DNA of 19,576 nucleotides from Escherichia coli (GTDB lineage Bacteria; Pseudomonadota; Gammaproteobacteria; Enterobacterales; Enterobacteriaceae): NCBI RefSeq assembly GCF_003334765.1, contig NZ_QOWT01000051.1; one strand, 5' to 3'. Shown piece by piece: positions 1 to 8,482 of this stretch (position 1 is its first letter; each line of letters starts with the position of its first letter). The notes under the pieces were generated by a model. It saw only the letters and a program-made list of their open reading frames with translations, ran no database searches and was not told where the DNA came from. The position numbers and the translations under genes were made by a program.

Positions 1-238
1 TTTACGGGGTTTTTTACTGGTTGATACTGTTTTTGTCATGTGAGTCACCTCTGACTGAGAGTTTACTCACTTAGCCGCGTGTCCACTATTGCTGGGTAAG
101 ATCAAAGAGTCCCTCTTCCCTAATATAGACAAGGCGTTAGTGAGCAAAAGGAAAATTGACGGGTATTGATATTTCCTATGAATGACAGGCAAAAGCAGGC
201 TCATGAATAATCAGAACCTGCTTTACACACTATACGCG

Positions 239-1537
239 CTATTTCAGCTGTTCGCGAATAAGCTGACCGAGTTGTTTAACGGCGCTCTCCTCACTTTCCC
301 CCCACTGCCAGGCGGTGTTGAAGCGGAAAAAGCGTTTCCAGGTGTCCGAGGTGGAAAACATTTTCCCGGGAGCAATACTGATTTGGTGCGCCAGCGCCTG
401 CGCGGTCAGTTCTCCTGCATCCATTGATTCCGGCAGTTCGAGCCAGAGAAAATAGCCGCTGTTGTTATGATGGATCTTCACGTCGGCAGGCAGGTGACGC
501 AGCAGCAATTGCCAGGCCTGTTGTTTGCGCTCAGCAAGCTGACGGCGCAAGCGTCTAAGATGGACGTCATAGCGACGGGTAGACAGGTAATCGACCAGCG
601 CCAGTTGCATGGGCGAACTGGTCGACAGCGTGCTCATTAATTGAAGGCGCTGAATAGTGCGGGCGTGCTTGCCGGCAGCCAACCAACCAATGCGAAAGCC
701 CGGAACCAGACACTTCGAGAATGAAGAACAGTGCAGGATCCGGTCGCTGCGATCCCAGGCTTTGGCGGGTAACGGTTTTTCGCGGCCAAAGTAGAGTTCG
801 CTATACACGTCATCTTCAATCAGCATCACATTATGCTTGTCAAGGAGCGCGACTAGCCGCGCTTTTTTCGCCGGACTAAGCGTAAAGCCAAGCGGGTTCT
901 GACTGTTGGTCATCAACCAGCACGCTTTTACCGGATAATCCTGTAACGCCTGTTCCAGCGCCGCGAGATCGATTCCCTCTTTCACGTCGGTCGCCACTGA
1001 CAGCGCTTTAAGCCGTAATCGCTCCAGCGCTTGCAGCGCGCCATAGAAACAGGGGTTTTCCACAATCACCCAGTCGCCGGGCTCGGTGACCGCCTGTAAG
1101 CTCAGATTAAGCGCTTCTAACGCACCGGCGGTGATGACAATGTCATCCGGCGAGACGGTTATGCCCTGCTGAGCATAGCGACGGGCGATGGCATGACGCA
1201 GCTCTGCGTTGCCAGGCGGCAGATTTTCGAGCACGCTCATGGCGGTCGCGGTTTTGCTCACCTGCGCCAGCGAGCGGTTAAGTTGCTGGAGCGGAAACAG
1301 GCGCGGATCGGGAAACGCCGAGGCGAACGGCATGACCGAGGCATCACGGCTGGCCTGTAACATCTCAAAAATAGAGGTATTGATGTCGACAGCCTCATCA
1401 CGCATAACCAGGGCAGGCTGCACGGTCGGCTGGAGAATCGGGCGTGGCGCGACGTAATAGCCGGACTGCGGACGCGCAATAATTCGCCCCTGACTTTCCA
1501 GCAGTTGGTAAGCATGTCCGACGGTCATGAAGCTCAT
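239..1537 (-). CDS. MocR/GntR-family transcriptional regulator with PLP-dependent aminotransferase-like domain
   Basis: 432-aa ORF; N-terminus (MSFMTVGHAYQLLESQGRIIARPQSGYYV) is the distal half of a GntR winged HTH, followed by a long aminotransferase-fold domain. The rest of the HTH (RIKKYQRLAEQLCEQIASGAWRPGDRLPSLREQVASSG) is encoded in frame directly upstream of the first ATG with no ATG/GTG/TTG before the upstream stop, so the true start is unresolved. Divergent from the cytochrome bd operon. Confidence 0.8.
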   Translation of the reverse strand: MSFMTVGHAYQLLESQGRIIARPQSGYYVAPRPILQPTVQPALVMRDEAVDINTSIFEMLQASRDASVMPFASAFPDPRLFPLQQLNRSLAQVSKTATAMSVLENLPPGNAELRHAIARRYAQQGITVSPDDIVITAGALEALNLSLQAVTEPGDWVIVENPCFYGALQALERLRLKALSVATDVKEGIDLAALEQALQDYPVKACWLMTNSQNPLGFTLSPAKKARLVALLDKHNVMLIEDDVYSELYFGREKPLPAKAWDRSDRILHCSSFSKCLVPGFRIGWLAAGKHARTIQRLQLMSTLSTSSPMQLALVDYLSTRRYDVHLRRLRRQLAERKQQAWQLLLRHLPADVKIHHNNSGYFLWLELPESMDAGELTAQALAHQISIAPGKMFSTSDTWKRFFRFNTAWQWGESEESAVKQLGQLIREQLK

Positions 1538-1689
1538 GCCGCTGCTGGCGACCTGTTCGCGCAGTGACGGCAGACGATCGCCGGGTCGCCAGGCGCCAGA
1601 GGCGATCTGTTCGCAAAGTTGTTCAGCCAGACGCTGGTATTTTTTTATTCTGGTTTCTCGTCGGTCAATGCAGGTGAGCCTCGCAGTGT

Positions 1690-1730
1690 ATAACAGTGAA
1701 TAAAATTCACAACGATTTGCAAACTGTTAT
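1690..1730. promoter_or_regulatory. Nested inverted repeats in the divergent intergenic region; candidate operator for the MocR-type regulator
   Basis: ATAACAGT (about 1690-1697) and ACTGTTAT (about 1723-1730) are perfect reverse complements and flank an inner palindrome GTGAAT-aaa-ATTCAC (about 1696-1710). Position between divergent genes fits an operator; not tested. Confidence 0.3.
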
Positions 1731-1816
1731 GGTTAAATATGCCTGTTCTGTTTCTGCCCCTCATTGCCTCACACGCCTAGAATTGCGCTGAATCAATTTT
1801 TAATGCGGAGTCAGGC

Positions 1817-3217
1817 ATGTTTGGTCTTGATGCGTATCACCTGGCAAGGATCCAGTTCGCCTTTACAGTTTCATTTCACATTATCTTTCCGGCGATCACC
1901 ATTGGGCTTGCCAGTTATCTGGCGGTGCTGGAAGGCCTTTGGCTAAAAAGCAAAAATCCGGTCTGGCGCTCGTTGTACCACTTCTGGTCAAAAATATTCG
2001 CCGTAAATTTCGGCATGGGCGTGGTTTCCGGTCTGGTGATGGCCTATCAGTTCGGCACCAACTGGAGCGGTTTTTCGGAATTCGCAGGCAGTATTACCGG
2101 GCCGTTGCTTACCTATGAGGTGCTGACCGCTTTCTTCCTTGAAGCCGGATTCCTCGGGGTGATGCTGTTTGGCTGGAATAAAGTCGGTCCGGGTTTGCAT
2201 TTCTTCTCAACCTGCATGGTGGCGCTTGGCACCCTCATTTCCACCTTCTGGATCCTGGCGTCTAACAGTTGGATGCAAACGCCGCAGGGGTTTGAGATCG
2301 TCAACGGCCAGGTTGTGCCCGTGGACTGGTTCGCCGTTATCTTCAATCCTTCGTTCCCTTATCGGCTGCTGCATATGTCCGTCGCCGCATTTCTCAGTAG
2401 CGCGCTGTTTGTCGGCGCTTCGGCAGCCTGGCATCTGCTGCGCGGCAACACAACGCCAGCCATTCGCACGATGTTTTCCATGGCGTTGTGGATGACGCTT
2501 ATTGTCGCGCCGGTGCAGGCGTTAATCGGCGATATGCATGGGCTGAACACCCTGAAACATCAGCCAGCCAAAATCGCCGCGATTGAAGGTCACTGGGAAA
2601 ACCCGCCGGGTGAGCCCACGCCGCTGCTGCTGTTTGGCTGGCCGGATATGGAACAGGAACGCACCCGCTATGGACTGGCGATCCCGGCGCTGGGAAGCCT
2701 GATCCTGACGCACAGTCTGGATAAACAGGTTCCGGCGCTAAAAGAATTCGCCAAAGAGGATCGCCCTCACTCGACGATCGTGTTCTGGTCATTTCGCATC
2801 ATGGCCGGCCTGGGCATGTTAATGATCCTGCTGGGGCTCTGTGCGCTCTGGCTGCGCTACAGGCAGCGCCTCTACACCTCGCGCCCGTTCCTGCGCTTTG
2901 CGCTATGGATGGGACCCTCGGGGCTCATCGCCATTCTCGCGGGCTGGGTGACCACTGAGGTCGGACGCCAGCCGTGGGTGGTGTACGGTTTACAGCGTAC
3001 TGCCGACGCGGTGTCGGCCCACGGCGATTTACATATGAGCATTTCGTTGCTCGCTTTCTTTGTTGTCTACAGCTCAGTCTTTGGCGTCGGCTACAGCTAT
3101 ATGATTCGCCTGATCCGCAAAGGCCTGCTGGAAGATGATTCCGCGCCGCCGCCGGGCACACCCGCCAGGCCGCTTTCCGCCGCCGTCCTCGATTCTCAAC
3201 ATAAGGCACATCGCTAA
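1817..3217 (+). CDS. Cytochrome bd-type quinol oxidase subunit I (CydA/CioA family, short Q-loop)
   Basis: 466-aa polytopic membrane ORF with the conserved GWVTTEVGRQPWVVYGL motif; clearly CydA family but about 55 aa shorter than E. coli CydA, as in cyanide-insensitive-oxidase-type enzymes. GGAG ribosome-binding site 7 nt upstream of the ATG. Confidence 0.9.
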   Translation: MFGLDAYHLARIQFAFTVSFHIIFPAITIGLASYLAVLEGLWLKSKNPVWRSLYHFWSKIFAVNFGMGVVSGLVMAYQFGTNWSGFSEFAGSITGPLLTYEVLTAFFLEAGFLGVMLFGWNKVGPGLHFFSTCMVALGTLISTFWILASNSWMQTPQGFEIVNGQVVPVDWFAVIFNPSFPYRLLHMSVAAFLSSALFVGASAAWHLLRGNTTPAIRTMFSMALWMTLIVAPVQALIGDMHGLNTLKHQPAKIAAIEGHWENPPGEPTPLLLFGWPDMEQERTRYGLAIPALGSLILTHSLDKQVPALKEFAKEDRPHSTIVFWSFRIMAGLGMLMILLGLCALWLRYRQRLYTSRPFLRFALWMGPSGLIAILAGWVTTEVGRQPWVVYGLQRTADAVSAHGDLHMSISLLAFFVVYSSVFGVGYSYMIRLIRKGLLEDDSAPPPGTPARPLSAAVLDSQHKAHR

Positions 3218-4227
3218 TGGGTATTGATTTATCGGTTATCTGGTTTGTGATCATCGTTTTCGCCACGCTAATGTATATCGTGATGGATGGATTCGATTTG
3301 GGTATTGGCATTCTGTTTCCTGTCACACGAAACGCAGAGGATCGTGATGTGATGGTCAATAGCGTCGCGCCGGTGTGGGACGGTAATGAAACCTGGCTGG
3401 TGCTGGGCGGCGCGGGGCTGTTTGGGGCTTTCCCGATGGCCTATGCGGTTATTATCGATGCGCTGACCATTCCGTTGACGCTGATGCTGATCGGACTGAT
3501 TTTTCGCGGCGTGGCCTTCGAGTTTCGCTTCAAGGCCACGCCAGCCCACCGCCCATTTTGGGACCATGCTTTTCTCGGCGGGTCGATTCTGGCTACCTTC
3601 GCCCAAGGGATCGTGGTTGGCGCAGTGATCAACGGTTTCCCGGTGACCGGTCGCAGCTACAGCGGCGGGCCGTTCGACTGGTTAACCCCCTTCACTCTGT
3701 TCTGTGGCGTCGGACTGGTCGTTGCCTATGCGCTCTTAGGCGCAACCTGGCTGGTGATGAAAAGCGAAAATCCGCTTCAGGATAAAATGCGCAGCGTCGC
3801 GAAAAAACTGCTGCTGGCCCTGCTGTTGTCAATTGCGATAATCAGCCTCTGGACACCGTTAGCGCATCCGGCGATCGCCGACCGTTGGTTTACGCTTCCC
3901 AACCTGGGCTATCTGCTGCCGGTTCCGGTGCTGGTGATCGCGTTCAGCGTCTGGTTATGGCGCACACTGGGTCGTCCGGAAAACCACACGTTTCCGTTTG
4001 TGCTGACGCTCGGGCTAATCTTCCTTGGTTTCAGCGGCCTGGGCATCAGTATCTGGCCGCACATTATTCCGCCTTCGGTTACCCTCTGGCAGGCAGCCGC
4101 CCCCGCCCAGAGTCAGGGGTTTATGCTGGTCGGTGCGCTGCTCATCATTCCGGTGATTTTGGTGTACACCTTCTGGAGTTACTATGTGTTTCGCGGCAAA
4201 GTGCAACATGGCGAGGGGTATCACTGA
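3217..4227 (+). CDS. Cytochrome bd-type quinol oxidase subunit II (CydB/CioB family)
   Basis: 336-aa hydrophobic ORF; its ATG overlaps the subunit I stop (TAATG), indicating translational coupling; family assignment from membrane-protein character and operon position. Confidence 0.85.
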   Translation: MGIDLSVIWFVIIVFATLMYIVMDGFDLGIGILFPVTRNAEDRDVMVNSVAPVWDGNETWLVLGGAGLFGAFPMAYAVIIDALTIPLTLMLIGLIFRGVAFEFRFKATPAHRPFWDHAFLGGSILATFAQGIVVGAVINGFPVTGRSYSGGPFDWLTPFTLFCGVGLVVAYALLGATWLVMKSENPLQDKMRSVAKKLLLALLLSIAIISLWTPLAHPAIADRWFTLPNLGYLLPVPVLVIAFSVWLWRTLGRPENHTFPFVLTLGLIFLGFSGLGISIWPHIIPPSVTLWQAAAPAQSQGFMLVGALLIIPVILVYTFWSYYVFRGKVQHGEGYH

Positions 4228-4355
4228 TGCAACATTCTCTCTGGAAACGCCTGATGTGGCTGGTCATCCTTTGGGGCGGCAGCGTGTTGGCGCTGGCGGC
4301 GGTGGGCATGTTTTTTCGCCTGCTCATGACTGCGGCGGGGTTTAAAGCGCATTAA
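4227..4355 (+). CDS. Small single-pass membrane protein of the cytochrome bd operon (DUF2474-like)
   Basis: 42-codon ORF MQHSLWKRLMWLVILWGGSVLALAAVGMFFRLLMTAAGFKAH whose ATG overlaps the subunit II stop (TGATG). It is the tail of track ORF 3885..4355; the rest of that ORF overlaps cydB in another frame. Confidence 0.6.
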   Translation: MQHSLWKRLMWLVILWGGSVLALAAVGMFFRLLMTAAGFKAH

Positions 4356-4420
4356 GCGGACACCTCGCCGGATGTCGGCTTTGGGCCAGGCGTTAACCGG
4401 CGGAAATAAATACCAACACA

Positions 4421-4445
4421 AAGGCCCGGTAAACGCCACCGGGCT
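4421..4445 (-). terminator. Candidate terminator hairpin between convergent genes
   Basis: Stem CCCGGT/ACCGGG with a 7-nt loop; on the minus strand it is followed by a T-rich tract, just downstream of the U32 peptidase stop. Confidence 0.3.
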
Positions 4446-4459
4446 GATGTCGCAAAGGA

Positions 4460-6019
4460 TTAAGGTTTACGCTTCGGCAGCGTTTTCATCAGATCTTCCG
4501 GACTGACGGAACCCACCACGCTGCCCGGCAGCGGCATTTTAAGAATGTGATCTTTAATCTTGCCGATAACGTGCATTTCACACGGGCGACAGTCAAATTT
4601 CAGCGTCAGCACCTCATCACCGTTGACCAGTTGCATTGGCGTCGCTTTCCAGCTTTTGATGTTACCTTTCGCCTGTTTCGGGCACAGATTAAAGGCAAAA
4701 CGCAGGCAATGCTTGGTGATCATCACAGGCACATCGCCCTTTTCTTGATGCGCTTCATACGCCGCATCGATCAACTGTACGCCATAACAATGGTAGAACT
4801 CACGCGCCTTCTGGTTATAGACGTTTGCCAGAAAACTCAGATGCGTCTGCGGGTAGACCGGCGCGGGATCGGAGACCGATTTGCGCACGCCGCGTTTGTA
4901 GCGGGCAAGTCGCGCCTTATCCAGCATCTCAATGGCTTCCCGACGGAACACGTTGAGTAGCCCGTTTGGCACAAACAGCGCACCGGGTAGGTTAACCTGA
5001 ATGTCACGCGCGTAGTAGAGCGTCTGCCCCAGCTTCGCCAGGACGTTCTTGAGGTTACTCAGCGCTTTTTCAGCGTTGTTGGCGTCGTCAAACTGACCGT
5101 CCAGCGTGTGCGTTACGCTCACCCCTTCCTCGCTGGTTAATGTCAGGATCAGCTGTTCCTGCCAGCCGCCGAGTTCGATATCCATCGCTACCCGCCGCTC
5201 GCTGGAGGTTTTGGTTAACGCCTGCTGCCAGTTATGATCGAGATTACGGTTCAGTGGATGTCGCGGGCGCACTTTGTGCAGGTCGGCAGGCATCTCGTTC
5301 GGCCAGACGCGATAACTGTTTTCCCCGATTTTTTCGACAGTATTGGCATGAAAACCAACCACCTCATGTTTGATCAGTACGTTCAGGCCATCGCCGTTCG
5401 CCAGTGGTTCACTGGCTTCAACATCAAGGTGATCTTTCGCCACTTTCAGCACTTCGCCAACGGGTAAACCGATGAATTTTTGTGAGTCAAAGGCGCCAAT
5501 ATCGCCTTTGCGCGCATTGACAAAGTAATCGGTGCTGCCGCGATGGAACGTTTTATCCGTGAACGGGATAAAGAAATGCTCGGTGCGACCGGAAGACGCG
5601 CGCGCCAGATCGCTGCGGTCTTCAATGATCGCATCCAGCATTTGCCGATAGTGGACGGTGATATTTTTACGTAACTCATGTCCTTATAACGCCCTTCAAT
5701 TTTGAAGGAGCGTACACCTGCATCAATTAACGCGCCGAGGTTAGCGGTTTGATCGTTGTCTTTCATCGACAGCAGATGTTTTTCGTAAGACACAACCCGG
5801 CCCTGATCGTCCTTCAGGGTGTACGGTAAATGGCACGCCTGGGAGCAGTCGCCGCGGTTGGCGCTACGTCTGATCTGGGCGTGAGAAATATAACACTGGC
5901 CGGAATATGCGACGCAGAGCGCGCGGTCGCCTGATGAATCGTCTGAATTTGCGCAAGGCTCAGCTCGCGCGCCAGCACAATCTGGGTGAAACCGACGTCA
6001 GCCAAAAATTTCGCTTTTT
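4460..6019 (-). pseudogene. U32-family peptidase gene (RlhA/YdcP/YegQ-like), frameshifted and 5'-truncated
   Basis: Three minus-strand pieces carry U32 sequence: ADVGFTQIVLARELSLAQIQTI (track ORF 5814..6005), the U32 signature RALCVAYSGQCYIS plus LIDAGVRSFKIEGRYKDMSYVK (frame of ORF 5446..5793), and the 393-aa C-terminal part (4460..5641). A -1 shift sits in a T5 run at about 5664-5668 (coding strand needs A6 for YVKNITVHYRQMLDAII) and a second frame break lies near 5925-5940. The reading frame runs off into the IR at 6020 without reaching the N-terminus. Confidence 0.75.
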
Positions 6020-6057
6020 GGGGTCCGCTTGGAAAACGGAAATTTTCCCACGCTAAG
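6020..6057. repeat. 38-bp Tn3-family terminal inverted repeat (Tn21-subgroup-like), outer GGGG end facing the chromosome-like segment
   Basis: GGGGTCCGCTTGGAAAACGGAAATTTTCCCACGCTAAG. Matches the recalled Tn21/Tn1721-type IR pattern (GGGG start, central GAAAACGGAAA, terminal CACGCTAAG). No tnpA, tnpR or res site is present within the window. Confidence 0.65.
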
Positions 6058-6092
6058 AAAATTGAGTTGAACGATTGGTTACATCCAGGCAG

Positions 6093-6974
6093 CTAACTCA
6101 CTGAACGTAAAGGCTGTACGAAATGTTCTGACCGTCCGATAACCGTTTGGCTTACTTCCGTACATTCCCTTGTGAGGATGTACAGAATTGTACGATTTAG
6201 GACACCAAAACCACTGTTGTCCCGCCATCTAGGTGATTCCTGAAAGTCATTTGGATAAAAAGCAGTCTTAACGTGGTTTATTTTCCGAATTCCAGGCGGC
6301 CCCCCATAATATCCTGCAGCCAGCTCCATCGCACAATATACCGTCAGTTCTTCCAGCCAGTCAGCCGGATCGCTATGTGCGGCAGCAGTCTGTTTCAGAA
6401 TGCGGATGTCGAACCGGGCATTAAAGATAATTACTGGTCGGTCCCCGATTGCATGACGCAGTTGCCGCGCCACATCTGTCCATGATGGTGCGCCGCAGAG
6501 AGCCTGCTCACTGATACCATGCACAGCGGCGGCCTGCGCCCCGATGGCGACCGTGGGCTTCAGTCTGGTTTCAAATACCACCTGACCGGTCGCATCGGTC
6601 AGGCCGATTTCCAGGGCTTTCGCGGTATTGTCCAGTCCTGTCGTCTCAGTATCCAGAAAGAGCGGTGCCAGACTCAGCCAGTCATATGCCTGCCGTGCCA
6701 TCCGGCCACTGGTGCTGTTAAGTCTGGATAAAACGGAAAATCGCTGGCCAGCCAGAAGTTGTTTACTCGTCAGTGGGCGTTTCTCACGCATCGGAACACA
6801 ATCTGCAATTCGGTATACAGCGAACCTGCCACCATAAGTGTTTTTATACCACTTAACCGGCTCAGCACCGGGGGCTGGCTTCATTCTGAATTCATCGCGC
6901 AGACGTCCTTTCGAGAAACACCTGTCTTCGGCAATCGCCTGCGCACGTCTGGTGACCAGCTCATCATTATTCAT
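6093..6974 (-). CDS. DnaQ-like (DEDD) 3'-5' exonuclease domain protein, IncF backbone (yacC-like)
   Basis: 293-aa ORF with Exo I motif LFLDTETTGLD, Exo II FNARFD and Exo III HSDPAD. The last 60 or so residues lie between the exonuclease domain and the Tn3-family IR and may be read-through rather than native sequence. Confidence 0.7.
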   Translation of the reverse strand: MNNDELVTRRAQAIAEDRCFSKGRLRDEFRMKPAPGAEPVKWYKNTYGGRFAVYRIADCVPMREKRPLTSKQLLAGQRFSVLSRLNSTSGRMARQAYDWLSLAPLFLDTETTGLDNTAKALEIGLTDATGQVVFETRLKPTVAIGAQAAAVHGISEQALCGAPSWTDVARQLRHAIGDRPVIIFNARFDIRILKQTAAAHSDPADWLEELTVYCAMELAAGYYGGPPGIRKINHVKTAFYPNDFQESPRWRDNSGFGVLNRTILYILTRECTEVSQTVIGRSEHFVQPLRSVS

Positions 6975-7019
6975 GGTTCTTGCATCTCCGTCAGACGTTT
7001 TTATATCCGGACACCCCCT

Positions 7020-7301
7020 CTATGGCCACTTCTGTGCAGTATGCAATACTCGCAGGATATACACTTTTCCCCACTGGCTGTCGACCTCATAAACCAGAAC
7101 AAAATGCGGGTGAATAACCAGTTCCCGGGTACCTTCCACACGACCGTTGCGGCCTTTATACGGCTGCCCGGCCAGGCTGCTGGCTGAATAACCAATCCGT
7201 TCGTCCAGTTCAATGGCAGCCATCAGGTTCTGCTCCGCAATATTCTCACGAATGCGCTTCCTGTCCAGGCTGGCCAGCATGGTCCAGAATATCTCCATCA
7301 T
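7020..7301 (-). CDS. Type II toxin, ParE/RelE family
   Basis: 93-aa ORF ending in the ParE-like motif VYILRVLHTAQKWP; 4-nt overlap with the upstream antitoxin gene. Confidence 0.8.
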   Translation of the reverse strand: MMEIFWTMLASLDRKRIRENIAEQNLMAAIELDERIGYSASSLAGQPYKGRNGRVEGTRELVIHPHFVLVYEVDSQWGKVYILRVLHTAQKWP

Positions 7302-7567
7302 TTACCGGCAACCTTCCTGCTCATTTCATCCCGCCATGCTGCAGCAGAGGATTCGACCATGTCATGGGGAAGCACATCACCGTGCTCGAGTTGCTGACGT
7401 CCTGCCGTAACCTGGTCGCGGAACCAGGTATTATGCTGCCGTTCAACGGTCTGGCGCATAAAATCCCGGATTAACTGAGAGCCATTACGGTCCATGCTTT
7501 TTGCAGCGGCCATAAAAGCATCCTTCAGTTCTGCGTCGATTCTTAAACTCATATTAACCTGTGCCAT
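7298..7567 (-). CDS. Type II antitoxin, ribbon-helix-helix (ParD/CopG-like)
   Basis: 89-aa ORF with N-terminal RHH signature (SLRIDAELKDAFMAAAKSMDRNGSQLIRDFMRQ), immediately upstream of and overlapping the ParE-like toxin. Confidence 0.75.
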   Translation of the reverse strand: MAQVNMSLRIDAELKDAFMAAAKSMDRNGSQLIRDFMRQTVERQHNTWFRDQVTAGRQQLEHGDVLPHDMVESSAAAWRDEMSRKVAGK

Positions 7568-7587
7568 TTATCACCTCGTCATTACTA

Positions 7588-7609
7588 CGTATATACACAG
7601 TATATAACG
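7588..7609 (-). promoter_or_regulatory. Palindromic operator/promoter candidate for the ParD/ParE-like operon
   Basis: Perfect inverted repeat TATATAC-aca-GTATATA about 20 bp upstream of the antitoxin start; typical position for autoregulation by an antitoxin. Confidence 0.4.
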
Positions 7610-7921
7610 ACTCAGATATCGTCACCAGAATATGCCGCGTCAGCGGCATGGAAGGCGGCACTCAGTTGTTACATATGATACCGGAGTAAAACCGCCGAAG
7701 CCCGGCGTAAGCCGGTACTGATTGATAGATTTTGCCAATCCCATCCCCGCCCTGTTAAGCCATGCTCGCTTTCAGCCATGAGAGAGCTTCTGTGCGCGGT
7801 CGGAGTGGTCCCGACAAGGGTTTACCCGAAGTCGGGGCGTATCTCCGCGTTAGCGGGCCGTAAGGGCCGCTTACGAGCGTGTACTCAGTACTTCCAGCCA
7901 GAAGACTGACAGCGGTGATGA

Positions 7922-7944
7922 TGTTTAGTTACAACACCCATAAT
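7922..7944 (-). other. Ter (Tus-binding replication terminus) site, minus orientation
   Basis: Reverse complement reads GGGTGTTGTAACTAAAC, matching the Ter core GNRNGTTGTAACTA. IncFII plasmids R1/R100 are known to carry Ter sites beside the origin. Confidence 0.5.
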
Positions 7945-8055
7945 TAAAAGCGACTCTGTTCCGGCCCTTGGGGCCGGGGCGGGGCGGCTTTTCAGTTATG
8001 AGGGAGGGGCTTTGTGGCTTCAGTTCTGCGCTGGTCCGGGGTTTTTCTGAGGTCT

Positions 8056-8078
8056 ATGTTTGCATGTTGTAACTAATG
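8056..8078 (+). other. Ter (Tus-binding replication terminus) site, plus orientation
   Basis: GCATGTTGTAACTAATG matches the Ter core GNRNGTTGTAACTA; inverted relative to the site at 7922-7944. Confidence 0.5.
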
Positions 8079-8149
8079 TGGCTCCGGTCGGGGCCCGCCG
8101 CTTGCGGTGGGAGGTGTATATCTGTCTGTCCACAGGACAGGCAGTGAAT

Positions 8150-8400
8150 AGGTTTTCTTTTTAAATGAATGTAATTAAGTAGTTTAAAGGAGATATAAAC
8201 AGGTGTTTAAAAGATACATTGCACCCTGTAGGGCTGGCGGCTGGCGCTTTATGAGATGAACGGTTGTAACCTTATCGGGAAGTCCCTTGCAGTTATATGT
8301 GGATAAGCAAAATTACCCGTCTGTGAGGCGTGTTTTGTATCAAAAACAAGGGGGACCGGATGCACCTGAAGGTGGATGATGAGGTTGTTTTTTTGTATGT
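8150..8400. other. IncFII vegetative origin region (oriR), approximate bounds
   Basis: Immediately downstream of repA1 as in R1/R100: AT-rich tract at about 8152-8220 and a DnaA box TGTGGATAA (reverse complement TTATCCACA) at about 8298-8306. Confidence 0.55.
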
Positions 8401-8482
8401 GGTGCTGATTTTTTGTGCGCTGTCGGGCCTCAGACGTGCGGAAGCCTCCGGCGCGTGCCGGATTATTCTGAGGAGGTCACTT

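Noticed and set aside
182-427. 81-aa plus-strand ORF
   Set aside because: Overlaps the 3' end of the MocR-type regulator gene on the opposite strand; no motif, likely spurious.
3885-4355. 156-aa plus-strand ORF
   Set aside because: Most of it overlaps cydB in another frame; only the final 42 codons (4227..4355) make a plausible gene, annotated separately.
1988-4439. Numerous 60-110-aa ORFs on both strands within the cytochrome bd operon
   Set aside because: All overlap the strongly supported cydA/cydB-like genes in alternative frames.
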